The notes under the pieces are model-generated. The model was not told the origin of the DNA and did no database searches. It saw only the letters and a list, made by a program, of their open reading frames with translations. Source: Blepharisma stoltei ATCC 30299 (Eukaryota > Protista > Ciliophora). Taken from it: a stretch of 64,000 bases of DNA. The stretch lies in contig CBFDEM010000028.1 of the NCBI GenBank assembly GCA_965603825.1, positions 124,001 to 188,000 of the forward strand. Direction: 5' to 3'. Below, piece after piece: positions 26,159 through 38,000 of the stretch; the stretch's first letter is position 1; each line of letters starts with the position of its first letter. A program made the translations under genes and the position numbers.

Positions 26159-26806
26159 ATGTGGAGCTTTAAAAAAGATGACATCATCATTCAACCCAAG
26201 GTTCACAAGTACACCTTAGTATGGCTGCCTGGATGAACAAGAACTCCAAAAGTAGATAAGCGAGTCTTTCAAAATGCACCTATGCTTCAAGATATGAGAA
26301 TCCGCATCCTGATGGCTCCATCAAGAAAAATTGTTTCAAACTCTAGGCTTTCTGTTCCTTCTTGATATGAAGGTGTAGCAAGCAACTTTTCAACAATTTT
26401 CCCATCACTTAACGAAATTTCTCATCTAGTAGATGAAATTATACAAGAGGAATATGATTTGTGCCAAAATGTATTTTTAGGTGGATTTTCACAAGGAGGA
26501 GCGACCGCAATTTACACAGGTTTAGTTGTTTCGAAGGTTCCTTTGCTTGGAATAATTGCACTTTCTGCGCCTCCATTTCCCTTTAAGATAAAATTAGAAA
26601 GAAAGAAAATACCTGTATTTGTTTATATGGGAGGAAAAGACGAGATTTTAAATGAAGAGCTTACAAGAGAAAAATTCAAGAATCTATTAATAGGAATGAC
26701 TATAACTTACACAAATGATGAATTATTAGGCCACATGTACAGTTGAAAAGAATTCGTGCTATTGAAGAAATGGATGAAATCTATAGCGCCAGCAGAGCAT
26801 ATTTAA
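26159..26806 (+). CDS. Acyl-protein thioesterase / phospholipase-carboxylesterase family hydrolase
   Basis: TLVWLPG, AP.R, PS(TGA=W)Y, nucleophile elbow GGFSQGG, G.KDEI and LGH; three TGA codons read as Trp. Confidence 0.85.
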
Positions 26807-26971
26807 TAGATAACCATAATAAGACTAATTTCAGATTAAAAAAAATATTATTCTGTATATTAATTATGAGTTATAATTTTGCAGATTATAATTATTACTG
26901 CTTTTTGGTTCATTATCAATTATTGATTGCTCTCCATAGCATAAATAACTAATATATTAAATCATTCATAG

Positions 26972-27385
26972 GCAAATGCTAAGCAAACTGCAAGAAAAAC
27001 CCCATTATCAGGAAAAACTCCTAAAAAGCAATTAGCCTCCAAAGCAGCTAAAAAACTATCAGCATCTTCTATAGCTGGCGTCAAGAAGCCCCATCGGTTT
27101 AGACCAGGGACTGTAGCATTAAGAGAGATCCGAAAATACCAAAAAAGTACTGAGCTTCTTATAAGGAAGCTCCCATTCCAAAGACTCGTTAGAGAACTTG
27201 CCCAAGAATACAAAAGCGATTTGAGATTCCAAAGCTCAGCAGTTTTAGCCCTTCAAGAAGCAGCAGAAGCATTTTTAGTTGGCTTATACGAAGATTCAAA
27301 TCTCTGCGCAATTCATGCTAAAAGAGTAACAATCATGCCAAAAGATTTACAATTGGCAAGAAGAATCCGAGGAGAAAGACCATAA
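26972..27385 (+). pseudogene. H3: Histone H3 variant, intact ORF but no in-frame start codon (pseudogene or base error)
   Basis: Reads [28 protein letters not shown]...RRIRGERP*; the codon before GCA is TAG (context ATAGGCA instead of ATGGCA). Confidence 0.75.
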
Positions 27386-27430
27386 CTCCATTTTTATCTT
27401 TTTTTTAGATTAATACAATATTATGGAAAT

Positions 27431-28031
27431 TTAATTATTCGAAACATGATTTTCTTCTTTATTCCTTTTTAGCCTTTTTGAAGAATATAAGAAAAGATTG
27501 TGTCCTTTTAAAGAGCTTTTTTTGTGGAAACTATGATAACAATTAATACAAAATCGTTTGCTGACACATCCAGTGCATAATCCTTTAGCTTCTTTATTGC
27601 ATACTGAACATGTAAATTGGTCTAATTATTTTGATACCTAAAATAGCTTTGGCTTTCTCCACACTTATGCTGGTGTTAATAGTGCTCTCTTTAGGTGTTT
27701 CCCCTTGTCCGAGGGTAATAAAATTGTCTCTCCCATAGCATGGTATCATCTGAACTTCAGTCTCTGGGGATGAAATTGAGCTTCTTTCAATTGGACTTAT
27801 TAAAATTTCATCAATCGGCTTTGATTTCGCTTTTCTTATCGGTTCCTTTTTAAATTCATTTCTCTCTTTATCGTTTTTTTCGATTTCTGCTTGTGATTGA
27901 TCATTTTCTTTTATCAAGTCATACGTCACAAAACTTTCAGGCAAGCTTTTACTCTCCAAGATAGTTGGGGTTTGGTCGCGATTTCTTCGTGAACAGCAGG
28001 AGGGCAGTATTCTATCTACTCACGAGCGCAT
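27431..28031 (-). CDS. Protein with N-terminal CC motif and C-terminal B-box-type zinc finger; one 16-nt intron
   Basis: Starts MRS(W)VDRILPSCC; splicing 27622-27637 yields CSVC-x6-CTGC-x5-CINC-x4-H-x7-H. Confidence 0.78.
27622..27637 (-). other. 16-nt intron GTATCAAAATAATTAG
   Basis: Frame-shifting intron whose removal creates the zinc finger; A at -6. Confidence 0.85.
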
Positions 28032-28077
28032 TTTAATCTTATATATTCATTATGTTCAATAATTTTACTAATCTAAA

Positions 28078-28737
28078 TTATTGGCAGCATTTGGGTTGTT
28101 CTACTCTGGGTGCTCTGCCAAAGGAAACTTTTTCTTCATTTAGGTCGATACGTCTTGTGGGGCCAATTGAGCTTTGCAGACTCCTTTTGATGCCAATTAC
28201 ATTTCTAATCGTTAATTGGTAAATTTCGTTCAAAATCCTTTCAAAAGCTAAACTCACATTAGTAGCATCCATAGCAGAAGTCTCAATAAAAGCCAAATTA
28301 TGTTTCTGAGAATAGCCTGCCCCTTCTTCAGTCCTGACAGCTCTAAGATGTTTTAAATCAGTTTTATTCCCTACAAGCATAACTACGGTTTGAGAATCTG
28401 CATGGTCTTTGAGTTCTTTAAGCCATCTTTCCACATTTTCAAATGACGTAGGCTTGCATACATCATAAACTAACAAAGCTCCAACAGCTCCACGATAATA
28501 CGCAGATGTGATAGCTCTATAACGCTCTTGGCCAGCTGTATCCCAAATTTGTGCTTTTATCGTTTTTCCATCAATTATAATACTTTTTTGAGCGAACTCG
28601 ACACCTATTGTAGTTTTGGATTCTAAATTAAACTCGTTCTTGGTAAACCTTGAGAGAAGATTGGATTTGCCGACACCTGAGTCACCGATGAGGACAATTT
28701 TAAAGAGATAGTCGTAGTCATCTTCACCTCTCATCAT
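28078..28737 (-). CDS. RAB11: Rab11 family GTPase
   Basis: [41 protein letters not shown], and C-terminal CCQ. Confidence 0.96.
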   Translation of the reverse strand: MMRGEDDYDYLFKIVLIGDSGVGKSNLLSRFTKNEFNLESKTTIGVEFAQKSIIIDGKTIKAQIWDTAGQERYRAITSAYYRGAVGALLVYDVCKPTSFENVERWLKELKDHADSQTVVMLVGNKTDLKHLRAVRTEEGAGYSQKHNLAFIETSAMDATNVSLAFERILNEIYQLTIRNVIGIKRSLQSSIGPTRRIDLNEEKVSFGRAPRVEQPKCCQ

Positions 28738-28871
28738 TTTATTCAGAACTTATATTGTCAATAAATTCAACTATTATTCTAAATTATCTATTTATATCAT
28801 TTTTATAGTGTGGAATAAATATTTAACTGTATTTAGTATTTTAATGCTATTTATTAATAATTTTATTTATA

Positions 28872-30128
28872 ATGCTGAAGCAAATTTGTTATAAAAATGG
28901 GTGTGAAGAAATTCCTGATGGTTTTTGTGATTGCGAAAAAGATAGGATTTATTTTTGTCTTGGACATATGAATGAACATTTTATGATTGATTCTGGGCAA
29001 AGGCACAAATTTTATGATATAAAGTATTCAAATTATGAGTCTAGAATTGAAGAAATATTTAAAATTAAATCCAGTCTTAATTTATTCAAAAGAAAGGCTC
29101 TATATGAATGTGCTAATATGATCAAGCAAATTAAGGAGGAATCAGAAAGTGTTATTTTGAAAATTGAAAAGCTTGATCTGAAACTAAACTCGGTATTGAG
29201 CGAGTTATTTTTTAAAAAAAGCACACTGGCCACATCTCAAAACCCAATTCTCGAATCTAATTGATCAAAATTATACCGTATCCTGGATTTCGACGATATT
29301 AGTAATTCTATTGAAAACCAGCCCCAAATATCTGAAAAAGTACAGCCTGATATAAACCATGATTTTGATAACTATTCTAGCTCAATCTGTTTTTTCCAAA
29401 ATAAAACAAAAAACTTGGTCACTCTCAATTTAAATAATCTTGAATTGTCTTCAAATTCTTTAAATATTAGAAAAAACATTGATAGGTGTATATCTATGTG
29501 CCAGATACCAAACAAAATTTTTTGCTATGGAAATTTTATTTGGTGATACGATGGTCTTACTTTTATTATTGACGAATTTAATAAAGTCCAATTATTACCG
29601 TCAGGCAAGAAAAATTGTTTTCTAAAAATAGTTTACTTCAACAGCAATATTTATGCATTTGGAGGAGATAATAATCTTGCAGAAAAATTTAATCTTTGTA
29701 CTTCAGCATGAGAGACTTGTGCTTCTCTCCCAAAAGGAAATTTTCAGCACAGTTATAGCGTCGAATATAATAATGAAATTATTTTAACAGGATACTCGCT
29801 TGATAAATTATTCAGATATAATATAGATAGCAATGTTTTTACTGAGGCTGCAGGTATTTTACTGCAAAAAGAAATATATAAAATGCTGATTTCTGCTCAG
29901 GACAAACTTTATATTGTTGAAGCTTCATCAAAAATTTATGAATGCAAATCATTTGATTTATCTTCATGAAATTGTATTGGGATAAACCTATTGCCAATTT
30001 ATTCTTCTTTTATCAGTTATAGTGTAAATTTCAAAGGCAAAGAGTATTTTATCAATGAAAAATACGATCTTTGGGAATTTGATTTAAAATTGCAAACTTT
30101 TAAGTTAGTAAAAAAATTAAATTTTTAG
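28872..30128 (+). CDS. Cys/His zinc-binding N-terminus + coiled coil + Kelch-like propeller protein
   Basis: One frame through four TGA codons to TAG at 30126; IYAFGG..AEKFN..(TGA=W)ETCASLP Kelch repeat. Confidence 0.8.
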
Positions 30129-30266
30129 TTTATGTATAATTATTTTTATAAAATTAATTTCTCCATTAAAGAAAGCGCCTCAATTATAAGAGTTCTCATG
30201 AATTTACTTGAGTACCTACCCTTTTATAAATCGGGAATAATTAAGAAAATAAATTTGGAAATGTAA

Positions 30267-30998
30267 ATGTTTTTACAAGCAATAGAGATCACGGACCAAA
30301 TAATGTCTTTGCTTCCACAGGGTTCAGAACTGTAAAACAAACATAGAAAATCATTTATTCGACATAAAGTACAAGAAATCCAATCCATGCTAAAAATGCA
30401 TAATTCAGCCTTAAACGAAAACCTTAAACTGCCGATTTTAAATATCATTTTCAAAGACCTTGACGGGTTTCAGCTGACCAAAGGCTACAATAGTTCTCAG
30501 CATGACTATGGAGAAATGCGGTCCTTAAGAGATTACATTGATGCATTTGCCTATTCAAAAAATCTCAAAAAAGAAAATGCCTGCTTCACTGATCTAGGAT
30601 GTGGCTTAGGAAAAGCGAATCTTGTCGCTTCTAGCATTTTTAAGGCAAAAAAATCAATAGGAATTGAAATTATCCCAAGACTCTACACAATGGCATGTGC
30701 TGGGAAAATGTTATTTCAATCGTTTGACAACAAAAGAGAATTGTCAATTGAATATTTTAATTCAGATATTATGCAATCATTACAAATATGAAAAGACTCA
30801 GATGTGGTATATTTGAATTGTTTAACATGAAGTAGGGAAGTTGTCAGAGAAATTGTGAAATTATTTGATCAGCTTAAGGCTGGGTGTGAAGTGTTTTGCA
30901 CACTGAAGATTAGGAAGAATAATATGAAGCTGATAAAGACTATTGAAGCCGAAATGACTTGGGGAAGGGGCAGAGTGTATTTGTATGTTCTGCGATAA
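30267..30998 (+). CDS. DOT1-like class I SAM-dependent methyltransferase; one 15-nt intron
   Basis: YGE, FTDLGCGLGK, GIEI, SDVVYLN and MTWG; two TGA=W; start codon inferred. Confidence 0.75.
30332..30346 (+). other. 15-nt intron GTAAAACAAACATAG
   Basis: Removes an in-frame TAA; A at -6. Confidence 0.75.
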
Positions 30999-31160
30999 GT
31001 ACACAATTTTTGAATTAGTTAAGTAGGATAATTTTATAAATATTGCCGATGTCTTTCAGTAGATAAGCTAGTATTAAAAATTTAGCCTATATAAGGGATA
31101 TAAAACATTATTAAAGGCAAAAATATTTTAAAAATAAAAATTTCAATTTATAAAATAAAT

Positions 31161-31946
31161 ATGAAATCTTTGGACAGTTATAATTTTGGACCACCCCCCC
31201 TTTTTCATCAAAATCAAATGGCATCATCCTTCACTCCCGAAGAAGAAGAAACTATTCAATTTTTGATGGACAAGCTCCGCAATATCCGTAACTCAATTAA
31301 ATTTTACTACGAAGGCCCATCCTTTAAGCCAGCCCAAATTCCAGCTCCTGTTAAAGAAGAAATAGTCTCCCTTTTCGACCAGCATGGCGGAATTGACATC
31401 CTCGTTAAGCTAACCCACATTTCCCCATTCCAAATAAAAATGTGACATAAAGAATGAAAAAAAGATCCTTCTTGTTTCTACGCCAATAGAGACCCAGGGT
31501 CATTTAAACATTTCAAAAAATCAGATTTTGTAGGAAAAGTTTTAGGTGAAAAAGATGCATGAGATGACTTAAAATTAAACAAAGACAAAAAGATGCCAAA
31601 ATTAAAGAGAGAGGATTATAGAGGAATTACGTCACTAGAGCAAATTAGAAATAAATTAAGCCCAGAAGTCCAAGCTGAGTGCGAACAAATTAATAAATTG
31701 ATGAAGGAAAGAAAAAGTGAAGTATCTGGGATTGATCCAGAAATCAAAAGAATGATTGTAAAAGCAGTACTGAAGGCGGGAAACCCGAAACCGATTGGGC
31801 TCATGATTGGGGTGAATGAGAGGATTATTTTAAGCTGAAGGGCAGTTTTTGTAAAAGAGCTTGAGGAGAATGGAGCAGATTACAAAAAAGAAGAAGATGC
31901 TGAAGAAAAAACTATAGCAAAAACTGAAGAGAAATTGCTTATGTAA
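31161..31946 (+). CDS. Hypothetical protein (~261 aa)
   Basis: Two ORFs in one frame; four TGA codons read through; ends at TAA 31944-31946. Confidence 0.7.
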
Positions 31947-32032
31947 TTTAAAATATAAAAAATAACTGAGTTTTTGTAACGAAAATAAATGGTTTTGATT
32001 TTTTATTATGCAGTAGAATTGAAGGAATTCTG

Positions 32033-33298
32033 TTAGTTAGATTTTGCAATAGTTTCTAAACCATTTATATCGAAGCTCATTGCATATTCAATAGGCATCT
32101 CACAAGCTCTATCCCATATATAGTTAGCTAAACAAGTCATTGCTCTTGAAACGCCAAACAAGACTGGCCCCATTTCTCCATCTCTTACTCCAAATGAATA
32201 TAAAGCAGCACCAGAAATAAAATCTCCATTTACTTGTGGATCTCTGAGTTTTCCTCTAAGCAATTTAGGCACCTCTTCTGCAGCTTTTTCTATATTAATA
32301 AGCCAAGGATTTTTTGGGTCTTTACTTTTCCAATAATCATGAATTATATCATATCTTGGATCTCTTCTCCCTAAAACAGCATGCCCGAATCCTGGGATGC
32401 TTTTATTATCATTAATATCTCTATTCGCCTGTGCAAGATAAAAATTATTTGCTTTTATTATCCATTCTAAGCTATCTTGGACAGCTTTTCCATGCAAATG
32501 TCCTGAAACTCCATTAATAGCTCCAGCTATTGACTTAAAAGGGTCTGAAAGTGGCGATCCAATTGCTTTACTCGCATGAGCACCAACACTCCCAGAATCA
32601 CTATCACAATAAAGGCTTAAAAATAGCCGTAAAAACCCAATATTATTTGGTGTCCCAGCACCAATTAGTCCTAAAAATTTCCCTCCAATGTCTTTAAAGT
32701 CAGTATTATTAATATCAATCCCTGATCTTTTACAATATATATAAGCAGCTAATACGGGCAGTTTGGCTAAAATTACTAGGGAGTCTTCAAATGCTGGGAT
32801 TCATAAGTCTTTTCTCTTGATTGTGGAATATGCTGAGGCAAATTGGCTATTTTCTTGTAAAGCCATGATACCAATTGATAACAAGCTGGTTGCAGGGAAA
32901 TTCTGAGGCAAGGTGTCAAGAGTTTTGATAACTTGTTCAGGAAGCTGGGATACAGCATCTAAGCTATTAATTAATGAGGAAATTTCTTGCTGTGTAGGGA
33001 TTTCTCCAGTTAATAAATACCAAAACATTGATTCAGGGTATAGACAGCCATCTTGCAAAGGTAGCAACCTAAGCAGCTCATTGATTGTTTTACCTCTGAT
33101 TAATGGACCTTGTTCTGGAGACATTTCACATGTAAATGAATTTAATACAGGAACTCCTCTTAGTCCTCCTAATATATGCTTTATTCTCAAGGTGCCGATT
33201 GGGACATTACTTTTCTTAATAGCATCGACTCTTTTAATAACGTCAGGGATCTTGCTTTGGACCTTTTCAAATAATTGAGGACATACTCGTGATATCAT
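32033..33298 (-). CDS. Divergent eukaryote-type citrate synthase family protein
   Basis: GGLRG, (TGA=W)IPAFEDS..LAKLP, SDPF, GHLHG, PGFGHAVL..RDPRY, NGD and FGVSRA. Confidence 0.88.
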
Positions 33299-33320
33299 TT
33301 TTATAAAAGGATAATATATT

Positions 33321-34973
33321 ATGATTGAGAGAATTAAATCTCTCACACCTGATCTTAAAAGTAAAGCTCAAAAAGATGTGGCCCAAATGCATAGAAATCA
33401 TGAAAGCAAAGTGCCAGAGCTTCCTGTTATTAATAAGCAGTTAGATGCTAAAAAAGATAATAATATAAGAAGCTCTTCGACTTTAAGGCCAGGGAAAAAC
33501 CAATTCATATTTTCTTCACGACATCATGAAAAACAAGTGATCGGTGAGACAAGATCAACCCAAAGAATAAAGCTCAAACCAATAAATCTTACTTCTACGC
33601 AGAATACCGTTAATTCTGCCAATGAGAAATCAATTTCTCCAATAAAAATAAGAGAACAGCTCAGTGATAGAGAAAAAAAGGATGATGTAAAAATTTATGA
33701 AATATTAAATTCATTTGGAGGGCTGTCTATAAAAATTACTTCAGCAACGATAGAGTATTTTAATACTAGAAAAAAAATTATTATCCCTTTTAATGACCTA
33801 CCTTATGTATTATATGAAAATTCCGAAATAAAAATCGCTGGTAGAATTAAGAAATTTACTAATGAAAATGAAGAATGGGAAAACAATGTTTCTGGGATCA
33901 GCTTGGTTTATATGTCTTTACCGTTAGATTACCCTTATTCAGTATACCGATATAAATTTGAAAGGGTTTTGGTTATGCTAACTCCAAATGCTACGAGAGA
34001 AAATAGGCTTGAAGAAATCAAAATAAAACTCTTTTCAAAGGGATTGATGATGAAATATCACAAAATCGTGATTCTTACACCAGAAATAATAGAAAAACTG
34101 TTTTCTGGGAAAATGCAAGAAATTGAAAATAGGATGACGGAGGCTATGTGCTGAGAAGGGTTCGAAGCACTAAATGTTATACAAAATCTGAGAGAAAACG
34201 GTGGGAATTTGACTGAGTTTTTATTATGGCACGATGTGATAGCGACAAAAATTAATGCAGTATTTTCTGACGAAGAAATTAAAAGTTGAGATTTTCCAAT
34301 TCAAAAACAGACGATTCTATTTGGACACTCTTTTTGCTTAACTCTTCCGATGATAATAATAAGCATTGGGTCGTTCAGCCAAGAGATATCAGTGCCTTTA
34401 GGCTTGTTAAAGAGGTTTTTGCAAGATAATTTTGTTAGTTGAATATCAATACTAATGAGCTACCTTTACAGTCATAACTCATTATTTCTTATAGGAAATA
34501 AATCTATCTGAATAAGCTTTGTAAATTATCAAGGAAAAGACTCAATCCTAGTATTTAAAGCCCCAGAACTATTATTTGAAAATCACGAAATAAATGTCAA
34601 ACATGAATTTTCTATTAGAGATATATCTCAATTATTGGAGATTTCAGCTAATAAAAAATCTGATTTTCTAAGATTTATTATAAGCAAAACGACAATAGAG
34701 AGCGGCTTAAAAGACCAATGAAAAATACATATGGATTTAGGGTATCACAATTATTCAGGCAATTTATCATATTTAAAAAATATTGACGAGGAAATTGAAT
34801 TTTTTAGCGATCTGAAGGTCAGATGTCAGTTTAAGCTTCCTATAGTTGAGATTTATATGATGGATACAAATATAAAGGACTCAAGAATAGTAAAAAATGA
34901 AACTTGCCAAATTTTAGCTAGTAATGGCTACCAAAACTGGGATCGAGAATTATTAGATTTGTTTGATAGATAA
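33321..34973 (+). CDS. Hypothetical protein (~550 aa)
   Basis: Single frame through five TGA codons to TAA at 34971. Confidence 0.72.
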
Positions 34974-35019
34974 TATGACATAAAATGATAATCTATTTTT
35001 TATATATCTTTAAAATTTT

Positions 35020-38000
35020 TTATTTATATGTTAATAATAGAGAAGACAAGACTTTTACACCTTGAACAATAACCGAATCAAATCCTAAAGAAATCAAAAT
35101 CATCTTCATCCAAACTTTGGAAGAATTTCCATCAACATCATCTGCTATAAGATAGGTTGCTACAACATTTATGCTAATAATAAAAATGCAGATAGTATAT
35201 CCAGCAAAGCTCCTGATAATTGTTTTGATCGGGTATTCTACTATCTCTGAATAAATTGCTGCTTTTGGAGATAAAATTAATGATATATTAAGAATCAAAA
35301 TATTCGCCATAACTGCAGCCGAGCAAGCAAAGCTAACTTGTGAATATCCTAAGGAAACATCGATAAAATCAGAATTTTCACTTGAGGAGACCTCAGATCC
35401 ATAGAAATCTGCAAATATTCCACACAAGAAAATTTGAAGCATCAATGATGTGGCAAATAAAGAAAATCTTGCAGATCTTGGCTTCTCTGGGATTGTAAAA
35501 AAAATGAATGATATAAAATAATGGTATCGGAAGTTCAAAACCCAGCTTTTTCTTTTTTCATTTCTTGGAGATATTGTCTGATTATTCAGTGTAATAGTTT
35601 CGAAATTTTCAGGATGAGAAGTTAGTAGCACTGGATCAGCTTCCACAAGATGTTTCAGATTTTTGTTGTTTATGTCACTTTCTTTGCATTTAATCGATTC
35701 AGATTCAAGTTCAGCCTGCTCAGATATTTCATTCAAATTTTTATGTAAACTGTGATGCTCTTCATAGCCTGTTGAAATTTTATATATTTGATTGATATTT
35801 TCCAAGCTTGTGCTATGCTGAATACTGATTGGTAAAATTTTGTTGTGTGCATAGCTATTTAGAGGCATTCCATGGATATTTTTTGATTCAACGATAAATA
35901 GAAATATGACAATAATGTAATAAAATCCACAAAGCCCACAAGAATAATAAAAAGGATACCATCATTGGTTTATAGTACTGGAAGAGCTTGGTCAGAGCAG
36001 AATGCTTGTCCCAGCTGTATATAAAGATGTGTGAGTGCATTGGCAAAGGACTTTTGGATAACCATAAGAAATAAATTTGCAGCCATCAGTGCTCCATTTA
36101 TTATTTTTATAAAATACACACTCGATTGGATCAGTGACTTCCTTTTCGTAGTAAGGAATTTCTATATTCAAATTATAAGGCGACATATCAATATTCAATG
36201 AAAATCTGTGAGTCGGGGTAATAGCAGTTATAAGGAATTCAAACCCGCGAGGGAAATTATCATTGCTTTCAGTTGAGTTATTATCATAAATAATTAAAAT
36301 ATACAATAAAGCTGTTGTGTTTGCTGGGAGTGAGTAGTTATTATCATTTGGTAAAGAAATACCTCCAAATTCAATTGAGCTTTTATATGTTTTAATTGAG
36401 TCTGAAGCTTTAAGTTGAGTGTCAATATGAATATTATTAGAATCAATATTTAAAGAATAGTCAATTGGCATAAATTTGCTTACTTCTATCAATAAATCAG
36501 TTAAAATTTGAGTAATATGCTGAATGAGTTTTGGGTTTTCATATAATGTGGAAGCATTTAGGCTTGCTGCGAAGTCAAGGATGTTTGTAATTGAAATTAA
36601 TGAATTTTCTTTAATATAAATACTATTTGCTTTAGCTTTTTCTACCATAGTGTCAAATAGTGCCAAAGTGATTTCTCTTTGATTTTCAGTTATTTTATCA
36701 TTTTCGTTTGCTTTTGTCAGTATTCCACTTAACAGCTCTGTAATTACCTGGAAACTTTCAGTATCAAAATGATAAAGTAAATTCACTAGCAGTTTGGTTG
36801 AATTTAAATTGGTATCTCGTGCCCATTCTAAATCGGCTAGGCTTGATGAAGAGTTTCCAATAATTTGTTTGCTGATTCTATTAATTCCACTAATTAACTG
36901 AGAAAATCCAATAATTTCCCCATTATTTGTATCCCCAAATAATTGCAAATATTCATTAACAATTACATTTTGAGTAAAAATTTCATATGAGCCTTGCTTA
37001 TCATATACTTTTACAAAAACTGTCAAATCTGGCGAAGCATATTGCAGCGTTGTATATAGAAAAGACGATTCATTTTTAATATTCAGAGGAATTTCATTAC
37101 CATTTACATAGTACCCGAATTGATATTCTAGTGTTTTAAAATCTGGTGTGGAAAAATTGGAAGCTGTCAGATTAAAAACTGTAGAAAATTCAAATCCAGA
37201 ACTAGGGGATATTTCCAGCTTACCATTACCTGGTAAAATATTTGTATAAAAATAGAGTTGATATATGGAAATTCCATTACTGTCAGAAAGAGTATATTGG
37301 GCACAATAAGTTTTAGATGAATCAAGAGAATTTGCTTGAAATCCGATTGTAGATGAATTAGGAACATTCATAAGTTTATATTGGCCTCCTTCAATAACAC
37401 TTCAAGAAGAGCTATAATTGCCAGTAACGTTTGGATATGCCCAAATCACAAAATTTTCTTTAGTATTTACATATTTGGGAATTTCAGAAAAAGTGACCAT
37501 TGTTTTGTTTCTATTTATAACTTCAACTTCAATTGCTTTACTTGATACTCTTGATGATTTATTTACAGTCAAGGTAAATATGTAAATTGCTCCAGACTTG
37601 AGCTTTGATTTTGGCACACTTAAAACAGACTTTGTAGGATTTTTAATGATAGAAGTGCAGTTATAGGAATTTATAGTACAGTTTCATGTATAAGTAATAG
37701 ATTCAGGAAGATTGTCTGGGTCAATAACTTTTGAAGAAATAGATAAATCACTTGGATAATATAAAGTCATATTTGCTGGTAAATCTATGACTAAATCTGA
37801 AGGCAAATAAGTCAAATTGAATTGATTCATAGCAGATAGGCCACTTAAAAGATCACTAACTTTAAGGAAAAATGTATATAATCCTGGCCCAAAACTGCCT
37901 GGAGGTGAATATATTGTTGATTGAATTGTCTGAGCATCCCAAAGCACTTTTTCGTCAATATTCACATAAGAGCCGACTTTATTTGAAATTCACCATTTAT

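Noticed and set aside
30263-30279. 17-nt intron candidate joining the uORF to the methyltransferase
   Set aside because: It shifts the frame into stop codons and lacks the -6 A.
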